From a virus (Duplodnaviria; Heunggongvirae; Uroviricota; Caudoviricetes): a DNA stretch of 28,425 nucleotides. The notes under the pieces were generated by a model. It saw nothing but the letters and a program-made list of their open reading frames with translations, ran no database searches and was not told the origin of the DNA. Position numbers and translations under genes: made by a program. Of this stretch, positions 16,443-24,144 are shown in pieces (within the stretch, counting starts at the first letter, position 1; each line of letters opens with the position of its first letter). The stretch lies in IMG/VR virus record IMGVR_UViG_2619619134_000010. One strand, written 5' to 3'.

Positions 16443-17787
16443 CACGCCGGGGCGTGGCTCCTTTCGTGGCGTACCGTTCCTGGTTTATCAGGAGCAGCGG
16501 GAACGGGGCGGACGTAACATTGTGCGCCGTGAATACCCACTGCGTGAAAGCGGCGGTGCGGATGATCTGGGGCCAAAACTCCCGGAGTTCACATTCACGG
16601 TTCTAGTGACCGGAGACGATCTTCAGACACAGCGAAGCCGCCTGCGTGATGCGCTGCGTGCACCCGGTGCCGGTGAACTGATGCACCCGGATTACGGCAC
16701 GTTAAACGTGCTGATAAACAGCTTTGAAAGCCGTTATAACGCCAGCGAGCAGGGAACGGTTGAGTTCACGATCAACGTGATCCCCGCCAGTGACGATACC
16801 GCCCCTTCGGTGGCAGAAGATACGGCAGCTGCGCTGGAGCAGAAAAGCGGCTCAGCAATGAATCAGCTGTTTAACACACTTTCAGACGGCTGGACGGTGA
16901 TTTCAGACGGTCTGCATGATGTACAGGCCATGACCGACACCATCAGCGATAAAATTGATGCGCTGGAGAATGCCGTTTCAGGGATGGGGATTGTGCAGGA
17001 TATCAGTGCCTTTACGGCCAGTTTTACTGCCCTGAAAGGGAATGCCGCCGCCCTGATTAATGCGCCCCGTCGCATGGCTGAATCGCTGGCCGGAATGTTT
17101 GCCGTGCTGGCGGGGCTGCCCGGCGATCCTTCCCTGTCGCTGACCGGAAAAGCCGGAACGCCGTCCGGCAGCCTGACCACAAACCGTGACAGCACGACAG
17201 AGCAGGCCATGCCGCAGCTGTACCGCACACTTTCTTCCCTGCGTTACACCCTCAGCGAACAGGATGATCCGCAGCGCCTGATTGGTCTGACGCCTGCGGC
17301 ACAGAACAATATCCGTCTGCTGCGGAGCGTCATGCAGAGTGCAGCCCTGGTGTCGCAGGCGCAGACGGTCGGAAAACTGCTGGATCAGGTCATCCGGCAG
17401 AATACGACGCACGTTCAGGATACTGACCGTGCGGGCGGACTGGCCTGGCTGGAAAGTTCTGCTGATGTGCAGCGTATCAACCGGGATTTGAGCGATGCCA
17501 TGGAACAACAGGTGCTGGATCTGTCCGCACAGGGCCATACCGGCACCGCCCTTGCATTACGTGATGCAGGGCTTGCGCTGACAGAAGATTTAACCACGCG
17601 GAGCGTGCATCTTCCCGGTGCTTTTCAGGTCATGGTGCGAACCACCGAACCGGCACTGGTCACGCTGTACCGTGCCACCGGTAACAGCCGCCGCTGGCAG
17701 TATTTTGTCCGCAGAAACAATATCCCCGATCCGGTTTTTGTTCCGGGTGGCCGCCGCGTGGAGGTGATCAGTGAGCAGCAGGATTGA
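16429..17787 (+). CDS. DNA circularisation protein (Mu N / gp43-like)
   Basis: 452 aa ORF overlapping the tape-measure 3' end; conserved position in Mu-like tail modules. Confidence 0.7.
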   Translation: MASTDTPGRGSFRGVPFLVYQEQRERGGRNIVRREYPLRESGGADDLGPKLPEFTFTVLVTGDDLQTQRSRLRDALRAPGAGELMHPDYGTLNVLINSFESRYNASEQGTVEFTINVIPASDDTAPSVAEDTAAALEQKSGSAMNQLFNTLSDGWTVISDGLHDVQAMTDTISDKIDALENAVSGMGIVQDISAFTASFTALKGNAAALINAPRRMAESLAGMFAVLAGLPGDPSLSLTGKAGTPSGSLTTNRDSTTEQAMPQLYRTLSSLRYTLSEQDDPQRLIGLTPAAQNNIRLLRSVMQSAALVSQAQTVGKLLDQVIRQNTTHVQDTDRAGGLAWLESSADVQRINRDLSDAMEQQVLDLSAQGHTGTALALRDAGLALTEDLTTRSVHLPGAFQVMVRTTEPALVTLYRATGNSRRWQYFVRRNNIPDPVFVPGGRRVEVISEQQD

Positions 17788-18895
17788 ACTGTATATCGGC
17801 GGCAGTATTTTTTCCGGCTGGCTGACGGTCAGCGTCCGTCGCTCGCTGGAGCATCTGGCCGGGTCGTTTGAACTGGGGCTGATGCTGCCCGGTGAGCGCA
17901 TCCCCTCAGCCCTGCGGACCGGTCAGTCCCTGACGCTCAGAATTAACGGGCAGACGGTCATCAGTGGCTGGCTGGATCAGGTCAGTCAGCGGATCAGTGC
18001 AACCCGTCATCAGATCAGCATCAGCGGTCGGGATAAAACCGGCGACCTGGTGGACTGTGCCGCCATCCATCCCGGCAGCCAGTGGCGCAACCGGACGCTG
18101 GCACAGATTGCCGCAGATTTATGTGCGCCCTTCGGGATAGCCGTGCGCTGGCAGGTTAACGACGACACGGCTGCACGCCCCTTCAGCTCTTTTACGCTGG
18201 AAAACTCAGAAACCGTGGCGGATGCGCTGACCCGTGCTGCCCGGCATCGCGGGGTGCTGGTGACCAGTAATGCTGACGGCGATCTGGTGTTCACCCAGGC
18301 AGGAAGCCAGCAGACGGACAGACTGGTGCTGGGAGATAACCTGCTTGATGCCGATTACAACACGGACTGGCGAGGACGATACAGCGAATACCGTGTCCGG
18401 GGACACGGGCGCGGTGGTGGCAAACGGGGAGACAGCGAATCCGCCGCCCGTCTGGCAGCACCTGTGGGCGTCATCAGTGATGAGCAGATCGGCCGCTACC
18501 GGCCGAAAATCATCCTCGCCGATCAACAGACAGACATCACCGGTGCACGGCAGCGTGCCCTGCGTGAAATGCGCCGTGCGATTGCCCGTTCAGAACGGTT
18601 TTCTGCCACCGTGCGTGGCTGGTTCCGGGATGATGGCCGGTTATGGGATGTCAATCTGCTGACCGGTGTTTCAGCCCTGCGTTTCGGTATAGAACAGACT
18701 GAACTGCTGGTCTGTCAGGTGGAGTTTTTACTTGATGAGCATAACGGGGAAGTCACCCGGCTGGTACTGGCACCGCGTGACGGCTTTATCGTTCCGGCAG
18801 AGCCGGACAGTAAGGGCCGGGGTGGTTCCGGTGACGATGTTGATGCCTTTATTCGCCAGCAGATGAAAAAACAGGGGATCAGCTTTGATGAATGA
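17771..18895 (+). CDS. Baseplate hub / tail protein (Mu P / gp44-like)
   Basis: 374 aa; GTG start overlapping upstream stop; conserved position. Confidence 0.7.
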   Translation: MSSRIELYIGGSIFSGWLTVSVRRSLEHLAGSFELGLMLPGERIPSALRTGQSLTLRINGQTVISGWLDQVSQRISATRHQISISGRDKTGDLVDCAAIHPGSQWRNRTLAQIAADLCAPFGIAVRWQVNDDTAARPFSSFTLENSETVADALTRAARHRGVLVTSNADGDLVFTQAGSQQTDRLVLGDNLLDADYNTDWRGRYSEYRVRGHGRGGGKRGDSESAARLAAPVGVISDEQIGRYRPKIILADQQTDITGARQRALREMRRAIARSERFSATVRGWFRDDGRLWDVNLLTGVSALRFGIEQTELLVCQVEFLLDEHNGEVTRLVLAPRDGFIVPAEPDSKGRGGSGDDVDAFIRQQMKKQGISFDE

Positions 18896-19499
18896 TGAAG
18901 TGTTCAGCCGCCTGATTGCCCCGGTAACGCGCGGTATTCGCCTGTTGTTTGGCCGGGGCGTTCTGACCGGCACACATGACGAACTGAAAATGCAGAATGT
19001 GCAGCTCACCGGCATGGACGGCGAAACCTTTGATGATGTGGAGCGTCCCCAGCAGTACGGGCAGATCAGCGTTCCCCTGCCGGGTGCGGAAACCTTTTTT
19101 GCCTGTCTGGGCGGACAGCGGGATCAGACTGTGGTGCTTGTGGTGGAAGACCGGCGCAGCCGCCCGACCGGACTCACAGCCGGAGATACGGGGGTGTATC
19201 ACCATGAGGGGCACCGGATACGGTTAACAAAGGATGGCCGCATTATTGTGACATGCAAAATGCTGGAGATTTACGCCGACGAGGGGATGCGGGTGGATAC
19301 GCCGGAAGCCACCTTTACGGGCAATGTGACGGTGGATAAGAACCTGCATGTTAAGGGTAATTTCGCGCTTGAGGGTACGGGGAAATCTCAGGGACTGTTC
19401 ACAATGTCGGATGCCGTTATTGCAGGGATACGGTATTCCGGCCATGTGCATCATGATAACGGCGAAGGCAGTAAGACAGGAGTGCCGGAGAATGGCTGA
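18885..19499 (+). CDS. Baseplate central spike / assembly protein V-like (Mu gp45-like)
   Basis: 204 aa; overlaps neighbours at both ends; position before the gp46-like gene. Confidence 0.7.
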   Translation: MMNDEVFSRLIAPVTRGIRLLFGRGVLTGTHDELKMQNVQLTGMDGETFDDVERPQQYGQISVPLPGAETFFACLGGQRDQTVVLVVEDRRSRPTGLTAGDTGVYHHEGHRIRLTKDGRIIVTCKMLEIYADEGMRVDTPEATFTGNVTVDKNLHVKGNFALEGTGKSQGLFTMSDAVIAGIRYSGHVHHDNGEGSKTGVPENG

Positions 19500-19929
19500 T
19501 ATTGCAATTGTGTGGGATCAGGGATGCGGTTCGCTGCAACTGAACGGTGCCGACCTGCTGACGGATGACAGTCTGCTGACGGCCGTTCTGATTTCGCTGT
19601 TTACTGACCGCCGGGCGCTGGCATCGGATGAAATCCCTGACGGTACGCGCGACCGCCGGGGATGGTGGGGAGACAGTTTTCGCCCGCGCCCCATTGGCTC
19701 CCGTCTGTGGCTTCTCAGCCGGGAAAAAACGCTGGCCTCGGTGATAAGCCGTGCCCGTGCTTACGCGGATGAGGCGCTGGGCTGGCTCAGTCAGGATGGC
19801 GTGGCGTCATCCGTGGTCTGTCATGCAGAACGTGTGGGACACGCGCGGCTGGCGCTTTCGGTGCGCATAACCCTGCCTGATGGTTCAGTGAGGCCCATGA
19901 TTTTTTATGCTGATCTTAAGGGGGAGTAA
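19493..19929 (+). CDS. Baseplate protein, phage GP46 family
   Basis: MADIAIVWDQGCGSLQLNGADLLTDDSLLTAVLISLFTDRRA matches the GP46-family N-terminal signature; ATG 19493 overlaps the upstream stop (ATGGCTGA). The longer listed ORF 19348..19929 is an upstream extension. Confidence 0.8.
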
Positions 19930-21011
19930 TGCCTTATCAGCCTTTACCGCTGGCACAGTTAATCACGCAGACACAGCAGGATATCAGCCAGCGCCTGCCC
20001 GGCTCGCAGCCGGGTGTGAATGAAACCACCCTGAATGCCATTGCTTACGCTCAGGCAGGGTTATCTGCTCAGGAGCATGAGCATCTGGCCTGGATTGCGC
20101 GTCAGATCATCCCGACCGAAGCCGATGAAGCCGAACTGCTGAAACACTGTGCATTCTGGGGCGTCATGCGTAAGCCTGCCTCTCGGGGGGACGGGCCGGT
20201 TCAGCTGATGCTGACCACGGATGCGGGGATCAAGGAAGGTGTGCTTCTCCAGCGAAGTGATGGCGTGGTTTACCGTATCACCACCTCCCTGACCGGTAAG
20301 GCCGGTACGCTGAATGTCAGTGTGGAAGCCGAAAGTGCCGGTCGTGCGGGGAATGCCCCGGCAGGGACAAAACTGACATTTATCACACCGCAGGCGGGGA
20401 TCAACCAGACGGCCACGGTGACCGGAACGGGGATCACCGGTGGTGCGGATGTGGAAACCGTGCCGGAGCTGCTTTCCCGTCTGGTTTTCCGGGTGCAGAA
20501 TCCACCGTCCGGCGGCACGCAGTATGATTTTGAACGCTGGGCGCGTGAAGTGCCGGGCGTGACGCGGGCATGGTGCCGCCCGGAATGGCCGCAGGCGGGC
20601 AGCGTGGGGGTAACGTTTGTTCAGGATAATAACCCGGATATTTTCCCCGGTGACGGTGATGTTCAGCGGGTGGCGGATTATATCCGCAGTCATGATGATC
20701 CGGCGACCGGCCAGCCTGTCGGACAGCCTCTGGGGCCGACGGTGACCGTGTTTAAACTGACCAATAAGCCGGTGCCCTTCAGCATCAGGATCATCCCGAA
20801 AACACCGGAGAATCAGGCGGCCGTAAAACAGGCGCTGACCGACCTGTTGTATAACGAATCCCGGCCCGGCGGTCTGGTTCTGCCGTCGTCTTTCTGGCGG
20901 GCGGTGGCAGGGGTGAAAAATCTGGAGGATTTTGAAGTGCGCAGTCCGCTGACGTCAGTTCAGGCGGGAGACAGTGAGCTGCTGACGGTAGGAGAAATCA
21001 CATGGCTGTAA
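19929..21011 (+). CDS. Baseplate J-like protein (Mu gp47-like)
   Basis: 360 aa; start overlaps the gp46-like stop; conserved order gp46 / J-like / gp48. Confidence 0.8.
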   Translation: MPYQPLPLAQLITQTQQDISQRLPGSQPGVNETTLNAIAYAQAGLSAQEHEHLAWIARQIIPTEADEAELLKHCAFWGVMRKPASRGDGPVQLMLTTDAGIKEGVLLQRSDGVVYRITTSLTGKAGTLNVSVEAESAGRAGNAPAGTKLTFITPQAGINQTATVTGTGITGGADVETVPELLSRLVFRVQNPPSGGTQYDFERWAREVPGVTRAWCRPEWPQAGSVGVTFVQDNNPDIFPGDGDVQRVADYIRSHDDPATGQPVGQPLGPTVTVFKLTNKPVPFSIRIIPKTPENQAAVKQALTDLLYNESRPGGLVLPSSFWRAVAGVKNLEDFEVRSPLTSVQAGDSELLTVGEITWL

Positions 21012-21562
21012 CCCTGACCCCGCATCAGCGCGCCCTGTTGCAGTTACTGCCTGACGGGCTGGCATGGGACAAGCGTCCGTCATCCGTACTGGCATCATTA
21101 TGTCTGGGCCTCAGTCATTCGACAGCGCGTGTATCCTGGACGGGTAAACAGCTGCTTGCCGAGCGTTTCCCTGACACGTCGCGCCTGCTGCTGGAAGACT
21201 GGGAGCGTTATCTCGGGCTTCCCGAGTGTGATATGGCCGGAGCCACCCTCACGGAGCGACAGCGTTATGCCGGAAATAAATACCGGATGAAGCCCTCGCT
21301 GAACCGTGAATTTTATATCCGGTTTGCGGCGGAGTTTGGTTATCAGATTGACATTCAGCCCTCACCGGATTCGCAGTGGGTCAGTATTGTCACGATTAAC
21401 AGTGAAACCGGCTACCGGAATATGAATGTGCTGGATGATATTCTCACGCCGCTGCGTATTTATGAAGGCGGTGCGCTGGAATGTATTCTGAACCGTTATA
21501 AGCCTGCATGGCAGACGTTTATTTACGTTTATGCAAACAGCCATGAAGAGGAGACTATTTAA
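21002..21562 (+). CDS. Tail/baseplate protein (Mu gp48-like)
   Basis: 186 aa; overlaps the upstream gene; immediately precedes the tail fibre gene. Confidence 0.7.
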   Translation: MAVTLTPHQRALLQLLPDGLAWDKRPSSVLASLCLGLSHSTARVSWTGKQLLAERFPDTSRLLLEDWERYLGLPECDMAGATLTERQRYAGNKYRMKPSLNREFYIRFAAEFGYQIDIQPSPDSQWVSIVTINSETGYRNMNVLDDILTPLRIYEGGALECILNRYKPAWQTFIYVYANSHEEETI

Positions 21563-22452
21563 TGTTTCATGTTGATAATAATTCCGGCGTGGCGAATATG
21601 CCTGCGCTGGCACCGGCGCAGAGTAATACCACCACCTGGTTTACCGAAGGTGACGGACAAAAAGGTATCAGCTGGATTGGTCAGGACTGGCTGAATATTC
21701 TCCAGGCCGAACTGCTGAATATTCTGGCTGAAGCCAGTATTCAGCCGGATAAGGCGCAGTTAAACCAGCTTACGCTGTCCATTAAAGCCATTATCGCTGC
21801 GAATGCCTTTTCCCGGAAAAATAACCTGAAAGAAATTGCTGATGCCGGTGCGGAGGCCCAGCGTCTGGCCCGTGGTTATCTTGGTCTGGGGACGCTTGCC
21901 ACAAAAAACAGTCTTGGTCCCGCTGACGTTAATGCCCTGGCGAAGGATCAGAATCTCGCCGACCTGGAGAATAAGGGAACCGCCCGTAATAATCTGGATG
22001 TTTACAGCAAAAGCGAAGGTGATAACCGTTACCTGCGCAGGGAGCAGAACGGCGCAGACATTCCGGATAAAGGGGCTTTTATCGATAACGTCGGTTTACG
22101 GGAAACGGTAAACAGGGCGGCGAATGCCCTGCCATCGGACGGCACCGCCGTTGCCGCGAATAGACTCGCCACCCCAAGAAATATTAATGGGGTTCCCTTT
22201 GACGGGACGCAGGACATAAACATCACTTCTGGTATAACACAGCAGGATGCGGATTCCCGATATATCCAGGATATCAGGCTGGGAGCAGAGAACAGGCAGG
22301 TAATGTACGGTGGGGCATATTACTCTGCGTACGGTAATGTTATGGCAGGCCTGCAGATTGACAGTAAAGTTGATGCTTCAAACGATTTTATAGCATTCAG
22401 ACCCCTGCAAAAATTAGTCGGAGGTACATGGATTACGGTATCTCAGTTATAA
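21562..22452 (+). CDS. Tail fibre protein: constant N-terminal part (to about 22091) fused to the variable tip Sv currently in the expressed orientation
   Basis: 296 aa; the crossover site lies inside the ORF; C-terminus ...[15 protein letters not shown] parallels the alternative tip on the minus strand (...LQYLLNGAWVTAASI). Confidence 0.8.
   Translation: MFHVDNNSGVANMPALAPAQSNTTTWFTEGDGQKGISWIGQDWLNILQAELLNILAEASIQPDKAQLNQLTLSIKAIIAANAFSRKNNLKEIADAGAEAQRLARGYLGLGTLATKNSLGPADVNALAKDQNLADLENKGTARNNLDVYSKSEGDNRYLRREQNGADIPDKGAFIDNVGLRETVNRAANALPSDGTAVAANRLATPRNINGVPFDGTQDINITSGITQQDADSRYIQDIRLGAENRQVMYGGAYYSAYGNVMAGLQIDSKVDASNDFIAFRPLQKLVGGTWITVSQL
22079..22104. other. gix-like crossover site (left) for the Gin-family invertase
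   Basis: TTATCGATAACGTCGGTTTACGGGAA matches the remembered Mu gix sequence TTATCCAAAACCTCGGTTTACAGGAA at about 22 of 26 positions; lies inside the tail-fibre ORF. Confidence 0.7.
22092..22214. repeat. Left copy of ~123-bp inverted repeat at the inner side of the left crossover site
   Basis: Reverse complement reappears at 23286..23408; the mirror-frame ORFs 22029..22226(-) and 23181..23474(+) share the identical peptide ...[26 protein letters not shown]. One ~10-bp diverged patch (about 22170-22181). Confidence 0.85.
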
Positions 22453-22503
22453 ATAGTCAGTAAATAATATATTTTAAAACAGATTTATTTCCAGGAGGAT
22501 TTT

Positions 22504-23025
22504 ATGGAACTAAAAAATATAACCCGTTATTATCCTGAAAATATGCCATATGGTAATAATGTTCAGTATTTCCAGAGTGAAGATGGTAAGGATTTCTACG
22601 AATCCCTGCCATTATTCACCAAAAAATATAAACTTTGCATAACACCTGACAGCGGCGTTATCTGCTCAATATCACAGGACGCCTCGGCGCTGTATCCTGC
22701 GGGGTTTTCTGTGGTTGAGGTCGATGAACTCCCTGAAGGCACGGATATTTCAGGAAACTGGAAGTTTGATAATGGCATAATCTCCCGTATTCCGGTTAAC
22801 TACGCAAGAAAACTGGAAGCAATGCGCCAGTCATATCTTAATCAGGCATATGAAAAAATTAATGACTGGAGAACGGAGCTACAACTGGGCACCATCAGCG
22901 ATGAAGACAGAGCAGCACTTACCCAATGGATGGCATACATCAGTCAGGTGAAGAAAATGGAACTCCCCGCCATTAAAACAGAAGCTGAATTTAACGCCAT
23001 TAAATGGCCTGAGCAGCCACAGTAA
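22504..23025 (+). CDS. Tail fibre assembly protein (chaperone, Mu U / lambda Tfa family)
   Basis: 173 aa; C-terminus ...LTQWMAYISQVKKMELPAIKTEAEFNAIKWPEQPQ resembles the Tfa-family C-terminal signature; AGGAGG upstream; AT-rich relative to flanks. Confidence 0.8.
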   Translation: MELKNITRYYPENMPYGNNVQYFQSEDGKDFYESLPLFTKKYKLCITPDSGVICSISQDASALYPAGFSVVEVDELPEGTDISGNWKFDNGIISRIPVNYARKLEAMRQSYLNQAYEKINDWRTELQLGTISDEDRAALTQWMAYISQVKKMELPAIKTEAEFNAIKWPEQPQ

Positions 23026-23028
23026 TAA

Positions 23029-23048
23029 AGAAGGCCGGAAGGCCTTCT
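23029..23048. terminator. Hairpin between convergent U and S'v reading frames (candidate bidirectional terminator)
   Basis: agaaggcc-ggaa-ggccttct: 8-bp stem with tetraloop, AT-rich flanks on both sides. Confidence 0.5.
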
Positions 23049-23056
23049 GAATATCA

Positions 23057-23408
23057 TTATATACTTGCAGCCGTCACCCATGCTCCATTTAACAGATACT
23101 GCAACGGCCGGTAATACACGCCGCCGACGTTATCTGCCGTATTCTTACCGACATCCTGTACTTTAATTCCGGTAAGAACATTGCCGCCCCCCAGATTCAG
23201 ATCCCAGCTTTCCCATGTTCCGGGCATATGTGCGGTCACCGACCCCAGTCTTATGGCGGTTACTGTTCCTGATGAGATAGTGATATCCTGCGTCCCGTCA
23301 AAGGGAACACCATTAATTGTGTGGGCATTTGCCAGCCTGTTCGCGGCAACGGCGGTGCCGTCCGATGGCAGGGCATTCGCCGCCCTGTTTACCGTTTCCC
23401 GTAAACCG
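23057..23408 (-). CDS. Alternative tail-fibre variable tip S'v: promoterless, start-less cassette in the silent orientation
   Basis: Minus-strand frame open from the right crossover site to the stop at 23057; translation ...[46 protein letters not shown]...YYRPLQYLLNGAWVTAASI is in frame with the constant tail-fibre part after inversion. Listed ORF 23057..23239 is its 3' portion. Confidence 0.75.
23286..23408. repeat. Right copy of ~123-bp inverted repeat
   Basis: Reverse complement of 22092..22214 (see left copy). Confidence 0.85.
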
Positions 23409-23421
23409 AGGTTTTCAGGAA
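23396..23421. other. gix-like crossover site (right)
   Basis: TTCCCGTAAACCGAGGTTTTCAGGAA, near-palindromic, about 22 of 26 matches to the Mu gix sequence; sits about 65 bp upstream of the invertase start. Confidence 0.7.
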
Positions 23422-23486
23422 AGCCAGGATTAACTCTGTTTTATTCCTCATGCGACAATTCCGGCTTTTTATAATAAGGAAATCGT

Positions 23487-24059
23487 ATGCTGATTGGGTA
23501 TATCAGGGTGTCAACAAATGACCAGAATACGGCGCTACAAAGAAATGCGCTGGAATGTGCAGGATGTGAGCTGTTTTTCGAAGACAGAATAAGCGGTAAG
23601 ACAAGGGAGCGTCCCGGACTTAAACGCGCATTAAAGCGACTCCGGCCAGGGGATACCCTGCTGGTCTGGAAACTGGATCGCCTTGGACGCAGTATGCAGC
23701 ACCTTGTCCTTTTAACAGAAGAACTCCGGCAACGCGGCGTTAACTTCCGCAGCATTACGGACAATATTGATACATCCACTCCCATGGGACGTTTCTTTTT
23801 CCATATAATGGGCGCGCTGGCGGAAATGGAGCGGGAACTCATTATTGAACGTACACGCGCGGGTCTTGCTGCTGCCCGTGCTCAGGGGCGTCATGGCGGC
23901 AGACCTCAGAAACTGACAGAGAAAGAGCGGGAGCAAATCGCCCGTTTGCTGGCTAATGGCGAGTCCCGTAAACAAATCGCACTGATATTTGATATTGGCC
24001 TTTCCACCCTTTATCGTTATTTTCCTGCCTCACCAGCTCCGTCACCAAAAGTACCGTGA
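23487..24059 (+). CDS. gin: Serine recombinase DNA invertase (Gin/Pin/Cin/Hin family)
   Basis: MLIGYIRVSTNDQNTALQRNAL...LVWKLDRLGRSMQHL...MGRFFFHIMGALAEMERELIIERT...: catalytic Ser in the YxRVST motif and C-terminal HTH; near-identical over long stretches to remembered Mu Gin. Confidence 0.95.
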   Translation: MLIGYIRVSTNDQNTALQRNALECAGCELFFEDRISGKTRERPGLKRALKRLRPGDTLLVWKLDRLGRSMQHLVLLTEELRQRGVNFRSITDNIDTSTPMGRFFFHIMGALAEMERELIIERTRAGLAAARAQGRHGGRPQKLTEKEREQIARLLANGESRKQIALIFDIGLSTLYRYFPASPAPSPKVP

Positions 24060-24144
24060 CGCTTTTTTGAATTTCCGCAAAACACATATTTTTCAGCGGT
24101 CGCTATTCTGACTCTGTTTAATTCAGAAACAGGCAGAAAAGACG

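Noticed and set aside
15761-16445. Three overlapping 150-166-aa minus-strand ORFs inside the tape-measure gene
   Set aside because: Pro/Arg/Ala-rich translations produced by the antisense of the Gly/Ala-rich tape-measure region; not genes.
19348-19492. Upstream extension of the gp46-like ORF
   Set aside because: Overlaps the 3' end of the preceding gene in another frame; the conserved GP46-family N-terminus begins at ATG 19493.
20061-20693. 210-aa minus-strand ORF inside the baseplate J-like gene
   Set aside because: Antisense shadow ORF in GC-rich coding sequence.
22029-22226. 65-aa minus-strand ORF inside the tail-fibre gene
   Set aside because: Mirror-frame artefact of the coding inverted repeat; useful only as evidence for the repeat.
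21562-23421. Diversity-generating retroelement acting on the tail-fibre tip
   Set aside because: No reverse transcriptase gene and no template/variable repeat pair with adenine-specific mismatches; the variation mechanism here is site-specific inversion.
23181-23474. 97-aa + strand ORF spanning the right inverted repeat
   Set aside because: Mirror-frame artefact of the alternative tail-fibre tip; the real coding frame is on the minus strand.
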